A stretch of DNA of 64,000 nt from Convolutriloba macropyga (Eukaryota). Shown one piece after another: positions 25,299 to 36,876 of this stretch. The number at the start of each line of letters is the position of its first letter. Position 1 is the stretch's first letter. The stretch covers positions 16,802,001-16,866,000 of the forward strand of contig NC_134471.1 in the NCBI RefSeq assembly GCF_964194025.1, read 5' to 3'. The notes beneath the pieces were generated by a model. The model did not search any database, was not told the origin of the DNA, and worked only from the letters and a program-made list of their open reading frames with translations. Both the position numbers and the translations under genes were made by a program.

Positions 25299-25647
25299 AA
25301 ACTCGGACTCCGGAGCAGATGTTACGTAATTATGGTGATGCGACTTGATCAGTTGTTGCTCATTATGAAGCACGGTTTTCTTCGACGTGTAATACCGTGA
25401 CAGGACCCCGTTCTAAACGCTATACCGTTGACTCTCTTGACATTGTTGGTATGCAAAAATTTGTATGCGGAGTTGTCTATGGAAATATTTTTTTGTTCAG
25501 TTAAATTTTTGAACTGTATTCTTTTCTGCATCATTTAATTAATCCCACATAATTTTATTGACTTAAAGTTGATAGATTTTGCATGATTTTTAAGAACCAG
25601 ATGTGATGACAATTGCCATAATAGTAGTCTTATTTTTTCAGGGAAAA

Positions 25648-26550
25648 ATGGTCTCCGCAGGTACTGATGATTGTGAGCGTTTTTCTGTCAAAAACAAAAG
25701 GTTTCCCAAAGTAACCAAATTTGAATCGGCTGATAACCTTGAAGATAACTTTGCGCTGGAACCAGCCCTTGAAGATTTTGGAAGCGAATCTGAAGATGTT
25801 CACCCGTCTAATGCCAAATTGACTGTAAAATGTCAGAAAACAGCGCCTGAACAAAACAACTACAATTCCAGAAAAGGGGGCGAAGGAGAAATTAAAAAAA
25901 AGAAAAAGAAGCCCAAATTCAAGAGACGAAAAATTACGGAAGATTTGTCGATAATTAATTCGACAACTCTTTCTAAATCAGACAGCTTTATAGCCGTTTA
26001 TCAGAAGTTTTTGGTCGATCAAAATTTATCAAGTATTGAAACTGATGAGTTAAAAATGGAACAATCATTTTTCAGTGATGTTACTGATCGGACCAAAGAG
26101 ACCCGTATCGAAGATTTTTTAACCACAGGGTTGCATTGGTCACCCAGATTTTGCCAACCGAGAATTAAGAGTGCATATATTGTGATTGTTTGCTCTGCAG
26201 CAATGCGATGTATTGAGTTGATTAACAGTCTACGGCGCTCAGAAACACAATCGAAGGCGCACGTATCCAAAATGTTCTCTTCTCATATGAAAATATCAGA
26301 TCAAGCTGCTGAGCTGAACAAAAGTTTGGTTCACATTTGTGTTGGGACGCCTGCAAGGCTCACAAAATTAGTTGAAGAAAAGCATTTAGCCTTAGACTGG
26401 TGCAAATATTTGATAATTGACTATAATTGGAGAAATTCAAAATGGAAACGTATCGTTGACATTCCGGAGACAAATGTAGAACTGATGAAATTTGTGTTTT
26501 TGTTTCGGAAGGGTTTCAATGAAGCTAAAAATTCAATTGCTATATTCTGA
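25648..26550 (+). CDS. CMSS1: CMS1 ribosomal small subunit homolog (U3-containing 90S pre-ribosome factor), intronless
   Basis: ADNLEDNF N-term motif, K-rich tract, IVIVCSAAMRCIELI, VSKMFSSHMKI..Q, HICVGTPARLTKLV, LIIDYNWRNSKWKRIVDIPE match CMSS1/Cms1; ATG at 25648 follows tattttttcag. Confidence 0.9.
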   Translation: MVSAGTDDCERFSVKNKRFPKVTKFESADNLEDNFALEPALEDFGSESEDVHPSNAKLTVKCQKTAPEQNNYNSRKGGEGEIKKKKKKPKFKRRKITEDLSIINSTTLSKSDSFIAVYQKFLVDQNLSSIETDELKMEQSFFSDVTDRTKETRIEDFLTTGLHWSPRFCQPRIKSAYIVIVCSAAMRCIELINSLRRSETQSKAHVSKMFSSHMKISDQAAELNKSLVHICVGTPARLTKLVEEKHLALDWCKYLIIDYNWRNSKWKRIVDIPETNVELMKFVFLFRKGFNEAKNSIAIF

Positions 26551-27909
26551 ATGTTTGTAATTGACTGATAAAATTTTGTCAATACAAATTTTTGTTTAAA
26601 AAATAGATCAGATTGTATTCGGTGGCTTAGATCTAGTGAGCGGTTTTGGTTGGAAATGGAATGAAGCTTAGACTTGCTTCAGGAAATTCACAGCCTTCAA
26701 AATTTGTTGGGTTTGCGATCAGAGAGAAATGGAACTAAAAGAAAATAACGATTGTTCGAAATCCTGTGCAACTTTTCTGTGTTAATATTAAAAAAATAAT
26801 TTAACTCAGGAATCATATCGATCGCGAAAAATCATCTGTGAATATCCAATCCAGATTTTTTTCGAAACAATTGAAATAATACCTTCGCAAAATGTTTCAG
26901 AATGAAAATTAATGAGTTGCTGGCGATTAAAAATACTGATTCAACAAACCTTGGTACTTAAACGTCTAGAAGCCAGCCATTGAATTTGTACAACAGACCT
27001 GCCAATTGATGAAAAACTGTAAGCTTTGGTAATTATTTGGTTTGACGAATCAGAAAAGTTAAACTTATTCAGTTTGTATTAAGTATTGTTTTTGGTTGCC
27101 TATGTGTTGAAAAAGTAGGTTGCATATATTGTAACAAGACGGCTCAATTGATCCTGCTTGTGGCATGTTTCACAATTGATTAAGAATCTGACTTAAAAAA
27201 TGTAGATATTTGGAAATCCCAAAATAAATATTTAAAGGTTTTCTAACGTTTTTCACTAGTGGTGATTATTCTTTGGTCAGAACATTGGTTAGATATTCAA
27301 TAACCTTTCATGACGTCATTTGAAGCTTTATTGGATTTAGTTACTCCACCCTCCCCCGACTGATGCAGGTTGCAATAGATTTGAGTTCCAATTGTGCGTT
27401 GAAGAGAAATTCTTTCGATGTTAGTCGGTTATGTTTGTCTATATTGTTCTGCATTGTAATTTTGTTGATATGATGACAACGAAAATTGAAAAAGTGTTGC
27501 GTGATAGTTTTCCATTTGGCCTTGATAAATTAAAACTTCAGTAGCTCTCTACTTTAGATAAATTAATTGTTTTCTAAAAGTCCAACACGTACTTTTGAAT
27601 TAATGTTTTTGTGTTATTTGTCCACTTTAACTGGGTTTATATTAATTTATAATGAGAATATTAAATCCGCCCTATTTAAAACTTCTCCCCCCTCGAATCA
27701 TCCCCTATTTAAAACTATTGTTGATTTCTGTTTGGCTATCAAGTTCATTTCAGAAACTTTGGGTTAAATTTTAAGAATTAAAAAAATTATGTAGCAAATT
27801 ACTTTGCTCGCTTAGGCACGCCATATTTATTGCAAAAATGAGTCCCACCAGAAAAACTTTGCAAACCTAAAAGGAAAGTTTAGCAAACCTAAAAGGAAAC
27901 TTGGAAAAC

Positions 27910-29260
27910 TCAACGAAGAGGCTCGCTAATGTGCAATGGTACATAATGCTGCAACCTCGCTGATCTACATTTTCCGTTTAGTTGTCTACCAAATGAAGCC
28001 GAGATAAATAAATAGATAAAGTTTTGTTGTTTAATTTTTAATCGATTCTTGAAAAAGACGGACGTGCATACAAAAAAGGGGTCAATATCAATGAGAAAAA
28101 CTTCACTTTTCAATAGAATGAACCATTGAAAAATGAAACGACAAAAATGAAATCAACACTAATATATTTTCAAGCAAAAAAAATCAATCAAGTAAACAAT
28201 TAATTTGTCCAAACAAGAGGTGATATCCAGAAATCAATCTAAATTCCGTTTTAAAACCAAATTACCAACATTGGCTAAAGTAACAACCTGGTTATCAGCA
28301 AGCTTGCAAGGCCAATATTTAATTTTGGTCAGTTTTATATTCTCAATTTAGGTTGGTAAGTGTTCAGAAGTCAATAAAATGTGAGATAATCACGAGTTTA
28401 GCATGGTTAAAATAAGTAAACATAAATTTATTAAACATAATAAATTAATGTCTTCCTATGGAACTTATCAAGTGATTGAGCTAATAAAATGGTTTAACAT
28501 ATGCAAAAAAAATGAACAGAAAAAAAAGGCGAAAAAGAGACAAGTAATATGACAATAATGGAACGTTTGATCCAAACCAAAAACATATTGAAAATCAATT
28601 GCGTTTGAATAGCGTCTGATAGCGTCCAAAGTAGCAAAAGCCTCAAAGATATATTGAAAACGTTAACCATTTCCTACTTCGTCCTTGGAAACAAAAAATC
28701 AATTCATAGGTACAGTAAGCGAGAAAGTGACAACACTTACACCAATGCAAATGAATAACTGCAATTTTAAGGCGTAAATCTGGAAAATAATTAAACTTAA
28801 AAGAAATTTTCTTTCAGTATAATTAGCTAAAAATTGGAATCTTTATCTAATTTGGTTTATGCTCAGTCTCAAGGCTGACCAAACTTGTTTTTATTGAGAC
28901 AAGTCTACGACAAACAAAAACTTGGCAAATCGCCAAAAGTTCACTTTTAATTTAAACAGAAAAGAAATTCAAAAACAAAAAACTTTATTTTTTGGTCATG
29001 TCTTTCAGAAAAAGGCTACTTCTTTTTATTGCGGTTAGTTTGCAATTCAACGAAAAGCAATACTGAGGGGCCAAATCTTAACGTTGTTTGTAGCAAAAGT
29101 TAGAAGTAGTTAGCTACCAGAAATTTAAAACACGTGAACGGCTTCAAAGTTTGAACTTATATAACCTGAGTATGTCAATCAAACTTGACAAAAATTGGCC
29201 CAGGTGAGATAAAAGTAGAAAAATCCAAATATAATCAAAATACAGAGTATTAGCTAAGCT
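27910..29260 (-). mobile_element. Degenerate family A element fragment, reverse orientation
   Basis: 27910-28010 resembles 53107-53200 (reverse family A 3' end plus ttgtctaccaaatgaagc.gagata); local A-rich skew; far boundary approximate. Confidence 0.45.
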
Positions 29261-29299
29261 TCACTTTTTGTTCTTTTTCTACCTCTGAGGACTTAAGGT

Positions 29300-29413
29300 T
29301 AGAGGGCAAGACAAGACAACGAAATTGACCTCAAAAATGACAAGAAAAATGGTCAGAACTCAAACTTGATGACTTTTTGTCATTTTTCAGGTCACTTTTG
29401 TTGTCTTGCCCTT
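29300..29413. repeat. Short palindromic MITE-like element
   Basis: agggcaagacaa...tgacct.aaaaatgacaa vs ttgtcattttt.aggtca...ttgtcttgccct. Confidence 0.6.
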
Positions 29414-29498
29414 CAATTGGTGTTAGTGTTGTCATTTTAGTTGTTGTCAATAGTGTTTCGCCCATTTTTTGTTCTCAATGTTTTTTTATTGACGTCTA

Positions 29499-29942
29499 AA
29501 TGAACTATACAATGTTTTCAGTTAATAGTTTATGGTATTGTTTATTTTGGAACTATGTTTTTAGTTTTTTTTAAAAATAGATGACTAATTGCTGTTATTT
29601 TGTTCTGTAGTTTTATCGGAGTCTGAGTATTGAGCAGTTCTAATTATTGCTTTAGTGTCATAAGTGATGCTATTAATTGTTAGAGTTCATAGGAAAATGT
29701 TTTTTTGAAAGCAATTAGTGTAAGAGTCATAAAAACTATTTTCAATGAACTCAAACAATTAGTAGCGTCAATTATGACACTATGGCAGTCCGTGGGACTT
29801 TTTAAAATTCAGACTGGGATAAAACCACAGACAAAAATAAAAACACTTATAGCCAAAACAAAAAAAACCTTTTCAACGAAGGCATATTTTCAAAGTAATC
29901 AATACCATAAACTATTAACTGAAAACATTGTGTAAGTTCATT
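29499..29942. mobile_element. ~445 bp foldback (palindromic MITE)
   Basis: aatgaactatacaatgttttcagttaatagtttatggtattg vs caataccataaactattaactgaaaacattgtgtaagttcatt; inner arms gtgtcataa..gagttcat / atgaactc..ttatgacac also pair. Confidence 0.8.
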
Positions 29943-30086
29943 GAGCCAGTCCTATATATCTGCTCCACAGATTCATGTGAATGGTTAATTAACTGCTTTT
30001 AAAAGGCAAGTAATACTTTGTTGATCGAACAAAGCTGAATTTTTTAAATTTTTTTCAGATTGTTTGTTAGGTTCGACCCATTTACT

Positions 30087-31577
30087 ATGAAGTCAGTCTT
30101 TGAAGAGTCTTTGATCATGCCGGGAAGAGCGGCGGAGAAGCACCAGATTTTCGTATCACTTATAACTCCAATCAACCTCGTCACAGTTGCATGTTCAAAT
30201 TTGTGTTTTCTATACAAACGCGTATCTAAACACGCTGGCGAAGAAGCCGTCCAAAAAATGGGATGTTTACGACTCGAGTCCTCGAAGGTTTTCACATCTC
30301 AACTCGTATTGGATTCTTTTAATAAGAGAATTCTGGCAATTCTGAATAAAAACGAAATTGTCTCGTGGAGCTTGGACGAGGAAAAAGAGCTAACTCCTAA
30401 TGCAGAAAATGTTTCAATTTTTAAAGCTAAAAGCCTGCAAAAATTGATAGCTTTATTCAGTGTCGGAAATGATGTCACAATTCTGACGGAAGACGGAGAT
30501 TTGTTCAACTTGGCAAGGGCAGACGTCACGTTCTCGATTCCTGCGAAAGGTCGGGGACAATTAAAAATGGCGGAAATGTGCCAACTTGAAGTTGATGATG
30601 GAAATATCAAACCGTATCTGATAGCATGTTTTATAATGAAAGGCAACAAATCATGCTTAACTATACACTATCTCAACGCGAAAAATGTGAAGAAATCGGA
30701 ATTTATTCACAGCGTAATTTACAAATCTCAAATTGAAGATTTAAGCCTCCCAAAAATTGTTTATGCTGGGGCTATAAACGTAGAGTTAAAATTTGCGTTG
30801 AGTTTGGAAAATGGCGATTCGAAAATATACGACCTGAAAACAGGTTGGGAGTTGAAAACTTGTCCGTTTCAAGTCAAGGCAGTTTTGAGTTCTGACAAAT
30901 TTGTATGTCACTCGAAGGATAAACTCTTTACATGGTGTGAGCCCTTAAACCATGTCATGTCATCATGTGAGATGAAAAATTTGAAAGCTGTTTGCGCTGA
31001 TCAGCACTTAATTGCCGTGATCTTTTCTGATAATGCGACAACCGAACTTAAATTGTTTTCGAATATGGCGAACCAAATTACAACAACTGTATCGGAAATT
31101 GCTTCGAATGATGAAATAGCTGGCTCATTTCTTGCGTTCAAAGGCGACGAAATTTTCAATTCTTTGTGTCAGGTTTTGAGAAAAGAAATAGGCCTCTCTG
31201 AGACTATTTGGCATGGATTTGAACAGAAATTAAAAGTTGCGATTTCAAGAAACTTTAACGCTGAACAAGTTAAAACGTTGTTCGAACTGTGTGTTTTGAA
31301 TTATGAAACCGAGAACATTGAGCTACGATCTTTTGTTTTGACAATTTGTGATCTACTGCTTCTCTCACAACGTGACGTCATTATAGAGTTGCTTAGTGTC
31401 GCTGGCCAGTCAGAATTCAGATCTAACTTTATAACAATCTGCGATCGAGTAACGAAAGATCTTAAACGACACGAGGCTATCGTGGACTGTATGAATACAT
31501 ATGATGATTTAGCGGCCATGTATAGCTCTAAACCTGTTGATGATCCTGGTTTCTACATAACTTATTTGGATATATGA
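30087..31577 (+). CDS. NOL11: 496-aa intronless protein, probable divergent nucleolar protein 11 (NOL11-like, t-UTP/UTP-A component)
   Basis: Long clean ORF; N-term CFLYKRVS..QKMGCLRLESSKVFTSQLVLD...ILAILNKNEIVSW..IFKAK..IALFSV..VTILTEDG aligns by eye with recalled NOL11 [30 protein letters not shown]...YVVVHDNKVLRIW..VFKAT..VYRILSV..PLVLFKEG; C-term GFYITYLDI resembles YSIEVLELF. Gene is likely real; name is tentative. Confidence 0.65.
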   Translation: MKSVFEESLIMPGRAAEKHQIFVSLITPINLVTVACSNLCFLYKRVSKHAGEEAVQKMGCLRLESSKVFTSQLVLDSFNKRILAILNKNEIVSWSLDEEKELTPNAENVSIFKAKSLQKLIALFSVGNDVTILTEDGDLFNLARADVTFSIPAKGRGQLKMAEMCQLEVDDGNIKPYLIACFIMKGNKSCLTIHYLNAKNVKKSEFIHSVIYKSQIEDLSLPKIVYAGAINVELKFALSLENGDSKIYDLKTGWELKTCPFQVKAVLSSDKFVCHSKDKLFTWCEPLNHVMSSCEMKNLKAVCADQHLIAVIFSDNATTELKLFSNMANQITTTVSEIASNDEIAGSFLAFKGDEIFNSLCQVLRKEIGLSETIWHGFEQKLKVAISRNFNAEQVKTLFELCVLNYETENIELRSFVLTICDLLLLSQRDVIIELLSVAGQSEFRSNFITICDRVTKDLKRHEAIVDCMNTYDDLAAMYSSKPVDDPGFYITYLDI

Positions 31578-32634
31578 TTAGATGAACAGTTTTTGAAATT
31601 TGAGTTTTCTCTGAGTTCGGCACGATTTTGAAAAGCGTGACAAATTCTTGCTGTCGAAACGTGACTCTGTGCTTTGGTGAACACAGTCTCAGGCAATTAA
31701 ATAATCTATCAAATAGTGAACCCAAAATAAAAGGGGGTATATATCTATTCTGCTTAAAGGGCTTGCCTTCAGAAACTTAAAAATTTTCACATTTCGCCAG
31801 ATAGTTTTAAATTTATTTTTCAATGAACAAAGTGTTTTTGGCCTTGAGAGGGACCAGTGTCTCAGGATTTAAACACACGTACGTCAGGCAACTCTGTGAT
31901 GCAATCTAGCCCTAGTAGTTGCAGCATTTGCAGAAAAGCTCTAAATCAAGTTACGAAAAATAGATAGACATTTCTCTCTGAACTTGAAGCTTTGTTAACA
32001 TTTTCAACAGTTTTTTATTATGATTATGAAGCTGTATCTCCTTCTGGAAAATAAACGTATTCTTTATTTCAACTTAAATCATACTATTCTAAAGATAGTT
32101 CGAACTCCTCAGAATCACTGTTTTTCTCTCTCACTCTCTCTCTCTGCGGCGTTGGCTGGCATGATTTCTGGCTCTAACAGAGATAGCTGCGTTGAACATT
32201 TAATGGCGTCATCTAAGTAGAAGACTAGTTTCATCGTCCATTGGCTTTCGTAATCGGTCGAGTTTTTTTGAAACAGGAAATGCAGCAGATGAGAAAGTGT
32301 TGTGGAGAGACTGCTGAACAAAAGTTTACAGCTTGATTGGAATTATTCTAGACACTTTTATTTTACACCTTGCGACTTTTATTGTTCCGACCCCTCTTGA
32401 GGGGGGAGGAACTATATACTCAATTGGGTTTTTTTGTTCAGTCAATTTTGGCCGATCGATATATTCATCGTAGAGAGTTGAGACTGGTATCATTAGAAAG
32501 CTTGTCCAGCGTAGAATATGGAATTAAAAAGATTTTTATGATTTTCGTTTTTGACAGGGAGATATCGAGGTTTAAACTTTCGAGAAAATAGAGTGAATTC
32601 CGTTGATTGCATTCACCTTTTTTCGGAATTTTTG

Positions 32635-32749
32635 ACTAAAATTTTGCCAATTTCGATAAAATTTAATAAAATTTTTCAAGAAAATGCTAAAATTTTGACT
32701 AATTTTGCCAATTTCGATAAAATTTAATAAAATTTTTCAAGAAAATGCT
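32635..32749. repeat. ~61 bp direct tandem duplication
   Basis: gactaa(a)ttttgccaatttcgataaaatttaataaaatttttcaagaaaatgct twice. Confidence 0.85.
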
Positions 32750-33264
32750 GTTGATTTTACATTTAAAGACAAAATATATTGTCGACTATTTTCATTGATT
32801 TTTTTTTGTCATAAATTCCGGCTAAACATTTCACAAAATTCAGACTTTTTTTTTATCAAAAACAGCTCGAAATAAGTTTGTTTAGTCCACTTTGATTAAA
32901 TTTGCAGGAAGTGCACACGCAAACACCACTAACACAATATTTGTAGACTGAAAAGGGGGCTAATTCCACTTCAACTTCCGTTGAGAGTGCTCTGTAAATA
33001 AAATTTTGCCGTTTTTTGCTAACTTTATTGGTTGATTATCAAAAACGCAGCTTTTTTTTTTATTTTTTAACTAACAAAATATCTATATCAATGACATTCC
33101 AAAAATTAAATTTTCCTAAAGGACAATCAGCATTAGCAGGACTAGTTCTGTACCAATCTTGGACCGTTACAATCCAAAAGTAATTCGGATTGTCGTCAGT
33201 CGGTTTTTTATAAAAAAAATTCGATCTTTTTTATATTAATTAAAGAACAGAAGATTTCAAATCA

Positions 33265-36200
33265 AAGCTCACAAGTGATGGGTCCTATTGGCTTCCTAAT
33301 TAGCTCGAAATTAATTTATCTAGATTGCTTGAAAGCTTATGGTCGTTTTGACTTTTAAAATAATTGATTTTTAAAAAATGGCTTATTGAACTTTGCCTCC
33401 ATTGTTCTCTTAATTTGGTCAACTTGTAGCTTAGTGTCAATAATCAAAGAGTGCTCCTTCTTTCTGCTGAATTCAAATGTTGTCTTTATTGCGGTTTTAC
33501 GCCTTAAGTTATGGTGTTCTGGCTTTGATACTACTAGATTTCAATTCTTTTTAGTTTTCAGGTATTTGCCCATTTTTCATGTTTTCTAGTTTTGTCAAAT
33601 TATCACGTTATTGTCCGTCCATATATCACATTTTTCGTGTTTAAAATAACGCACAATTGATAATATTTAAATCCTTAAAGATATAGATTGTGGTTATTTA
33701 CCGCTTCGACAGTACTTTCTCGAAGAATTTAATTAAATTTTTTTAATTTTGCCTTTAACTGTCATTTTTACTTTGTCTTTTTATACGTATTTAATTTCCT
33801 GTACAATGACACGGTTTGATTGGCTTTTTCTGGAAGAGTAGATGAGCTGATGTTCTGATATTAGAAGATAGATATTGGCTTTCATGACTTTGAAAACAAT
33901 TGTTTTCCAAAATGAAAAAAAAAAATTCAACTTGGCAATTTTGTTCCTTTTATTGTCTGTTTGTTACCTGGTCTCGTTAATTAAAGGTTAAAGATGACAT
34001 TATCTTTGTCAAGGAAAGGTGTCAAAAGGATTGGTGTCACAAAATCTAATGTTTTAAGAGAATTCGTTGTGACTTTACTGGCTTCCACACGGGTTTTTCA
34101 CAAATAAAAGTAAACGAATTTTTGTTTTTTGTCATATTTGACGTTCTTTTTGTAAAAGTAAGACATATTCTGGATAATTGCAGGTCTCAAGGGCTTCCTT
34201 TGGAAGAATGGACGAACCTATTCAAATTTTTCATCTTGTAATTAATGGCTTTTATGTCTTTGGAAATTAATTTTTTTTCGAAAAAAAACAAGTTACATAA
34301 TTTTGCATTTTTTTTCTTTTTTGACTAATTGTTGCTTATTTTCATTAATGAGCGGCCACATAATACATTGTCGGTGTTCAACAAAGTTGCAATCGAACAT
34401 ATTTTGGGGGCCAAAGTATGGCTTTACGGCTTCCAAAGCATTTTCTGGCAAGTTTTAATTGATTTTTAGTTTGTTGTCTATTTGTTGTTCTTTTTGTAAC
34501 TGCATAGAAAATTGAAAACCAAGTGTTCTTAATTCCCTTCTATAGAAGCAGTGGTAATTGTAAACCTATGGGATATTTTAGTTGATTCCTAATGGTTTTC
34601 ATTACTTTGAAATTAATTGTTTTTTTTTTAATAAAATTCAGCGAATTTTTTAACTTTGAAGTTTCTGTTCTTTTTTATCTAATTGTTACCAAGCTTTGTT
34701 ATGAACTGGTGAATAACCATTTTTTTCTGGTGTATTACAAGTTCGTTTGTTTATTTTCAGTTTTATCTGACGCTATTTTGACTTTGTTATTAAGTTTTGT
34801 TTTTTAAAACGGACAGAAATTTTTTGATGTAATTAATGTTTGTTGTTGTTGTTTGATTTTGCCGTTCGTCTCCGCTCGCTTTCTTAATATCGGCATATGT
34901 CGTCAATCCAATGCATCATTTTTTACTCCATTGAAGCTCACAAGTGATGGGTCCTATTGGCTTCCTAATTAGCTCGAAATTAATTTATCTAGATTGCTTG
35001 AAAGCTTATGGTCCTTTTGACTTTTAAAATATTTGATTTTTAAATAAAAAATGGCTTATTGAACTTTGCCTCCATTGTTCTCTTAATTTGGTCAACTTGT
35101 AGCTTAGTGTCAGCAATCAAAGAGTGCTCCTTCTTTCTGCTGAATTCAAATGTTGTCTTTATTGCGGTTTTACGCCTTAAGTTATGGTGTTCTGGCTTTG
35201 ATACTACTAGATTTCAATTTTTTTTTAATTTTCAGGTATTTGCCCATTTTTCATGTTTTCTAGTTTTGTCAAATTATCACGTTATTGTCCGTCCATATAT
35301 CACATTTTTCGTGTTTAAAATAACTCACAATTGATAATATTTAAATCCTTAAAGATATAGATTGTGGTTCTTTACCGCTTCGACAGTACTTTCTCGAAGA
35401 AATTAATTGAATTTTTTAATTTTGCCTTTAACTGTCATTTTTACTGTCTTTTTAAACGTATTTAATTTCCTGTACAATGACACGGTTTGATTTTTTTTTT
35501 CGGAAGAGTAGATAAGCCGATGTTCTGATATTAGAAGATAGATATTGGCTTTCATGACTTTGAAAACAATTGTTTTCCAAAATGAAAAAAAAAAATCAAC
35601 TTGGCAATTTTGTTCCTTTTGTCTGTTTGTTACCTGGTCTCGTTAATTAAAGGTTAAAGATGGCATTATCTTTGTCAGGGGAAGGTGTCAAAAGGATTGG
35701 TGTCACAAAATCTAATGTTTTAAGAGAGTTTGTTATGACTTTACTGGCTTCCACACGGGTTTTTCACAAATAAAAGTAAACGAATTTTTGTTTTGTCATA
35801 TTTGACGTTCTTTTTGTAGAAGTAAGACATATTCTGGATAATTGCAGGTCTCAAGGGCTTCCTTTGGAAGAATGGACGAACCTATTCAAATTTTTCATTT
35901 TGTAATTAATGGCTTTTATGTCTTTGGAAATTATTTTTTTTTTCGAAAAAAAACAAGTTACATAATTTTGCATTTTTTTTCTTTTTTGTCTAATTGTTGC
36001 TTATTTTCATTAATGAGCGGCCACATAATACATTGTCGGTGTTCAACAAAGTTGCAATCGAACATATTTTGGGGGCCAAAGTATGGCTTTACGGCTTCCA
36101 AAGCATTTTCTGGCAAGTTTTAATTGATTTTTAGTTTGTTTATTTGTTGTTCTTTTTGTAACTGCATAGAAAATTGAAAACCAAGTGTTCTTAATTCCCT

Positions 36201-36593
36201 TCTATAGAAGCAGTGGTAATTGTAAACCTATGGGATATTTTAGTTGATTCCTAATGGTTTTCATTACTTTGAAATTAATTGTTTTTTTTAATAAAATTCA
36301 GCGAATTTTTTAACTTTGAAGTTTCTGTTCTTTTTTATCTAATTGTTACCAAGCTTTATTATGAACTGGTGAATAACCATTTTTTTCTGGTGTATTACAA
36401 GTTCGTTTGTTTATTTTCAGTTTTATCTGACGCTATTTTGACTTTGTTATTAAGTTTTGTTTTTTAAAACGGACAGAAATTTTTTGATGTAATTAATGTT
36501 TGTTGTTGTTGTTTGATTTTGCCGTTCGTCTCCGCTCGCTTTCTTAATATCGGCATATGTCGTCAATCTAATGCATCATTTTTTACTCCATTG
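33265..36593. repeat. Tandem duplication of ~1.66 kb (33265-34933, 34934-36593)
   Basis: aagctcacaagtgatgggtcc at 33265 and 34934; both end ttttactccattg; duplicated ORFs 33386/35059 and 34592/36279. Confidence 0.95.
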
Positions 36594-36876
36594 AGTTAAT
36601 TGCTGTGGAGGCTATCTTTTCGGTCATACACCAGTTTTTTTTTCAGAAATACTTGAATTTTTTGTGTTTTCTCATCTGTTCCTCATTTGATAGACAATTA
36701 TGCCAAAATTGTGGATGGGCGGGGTCGGAACCTTATGTGCGATCGCACATTACTGAGCGACCTTGTTTTACAAATTGTCTTATTTACTAAGGTTTTAATA
36801 AATACAGTTATATTTTTATCTCATTTCAATTGAAATATGGATTTGATTTTTGCTTGAAAATTTTTGCTTGACCGTT

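Larger units (their letters stand above)
32380..36766 (+). mobile_element. Complete ~4.4 kb family A HINE/Helentron-like element
   Basis: 5' T-run then gttccgaccc (32384-32393) folding with cccctc-tt-gagggg..ggaac; 3' inverted gggtcggaac (36722-36731), palindrome atgtgcgatcgcacat (36735-36750), ccttg + T run. Confidence 0.7.

Noticed and set aside
25364-25405. ATGA...cacggt/accgtg...GA hairpin in TRMT10A 3' region as a SECIS element
   Set aside because: Helix register does not form the UGAN/NGAN quartet, no apical AA in place, and no in-frame UGA in the adjacent genes.
25603-25647. Hydrophobic N-terminal extension (signal-peptide-like) on CMSS1 from the ORF track
   Set aside because: It is the translated polypyrimidine tract/acceptor; ATG 25648 is the plausible start.
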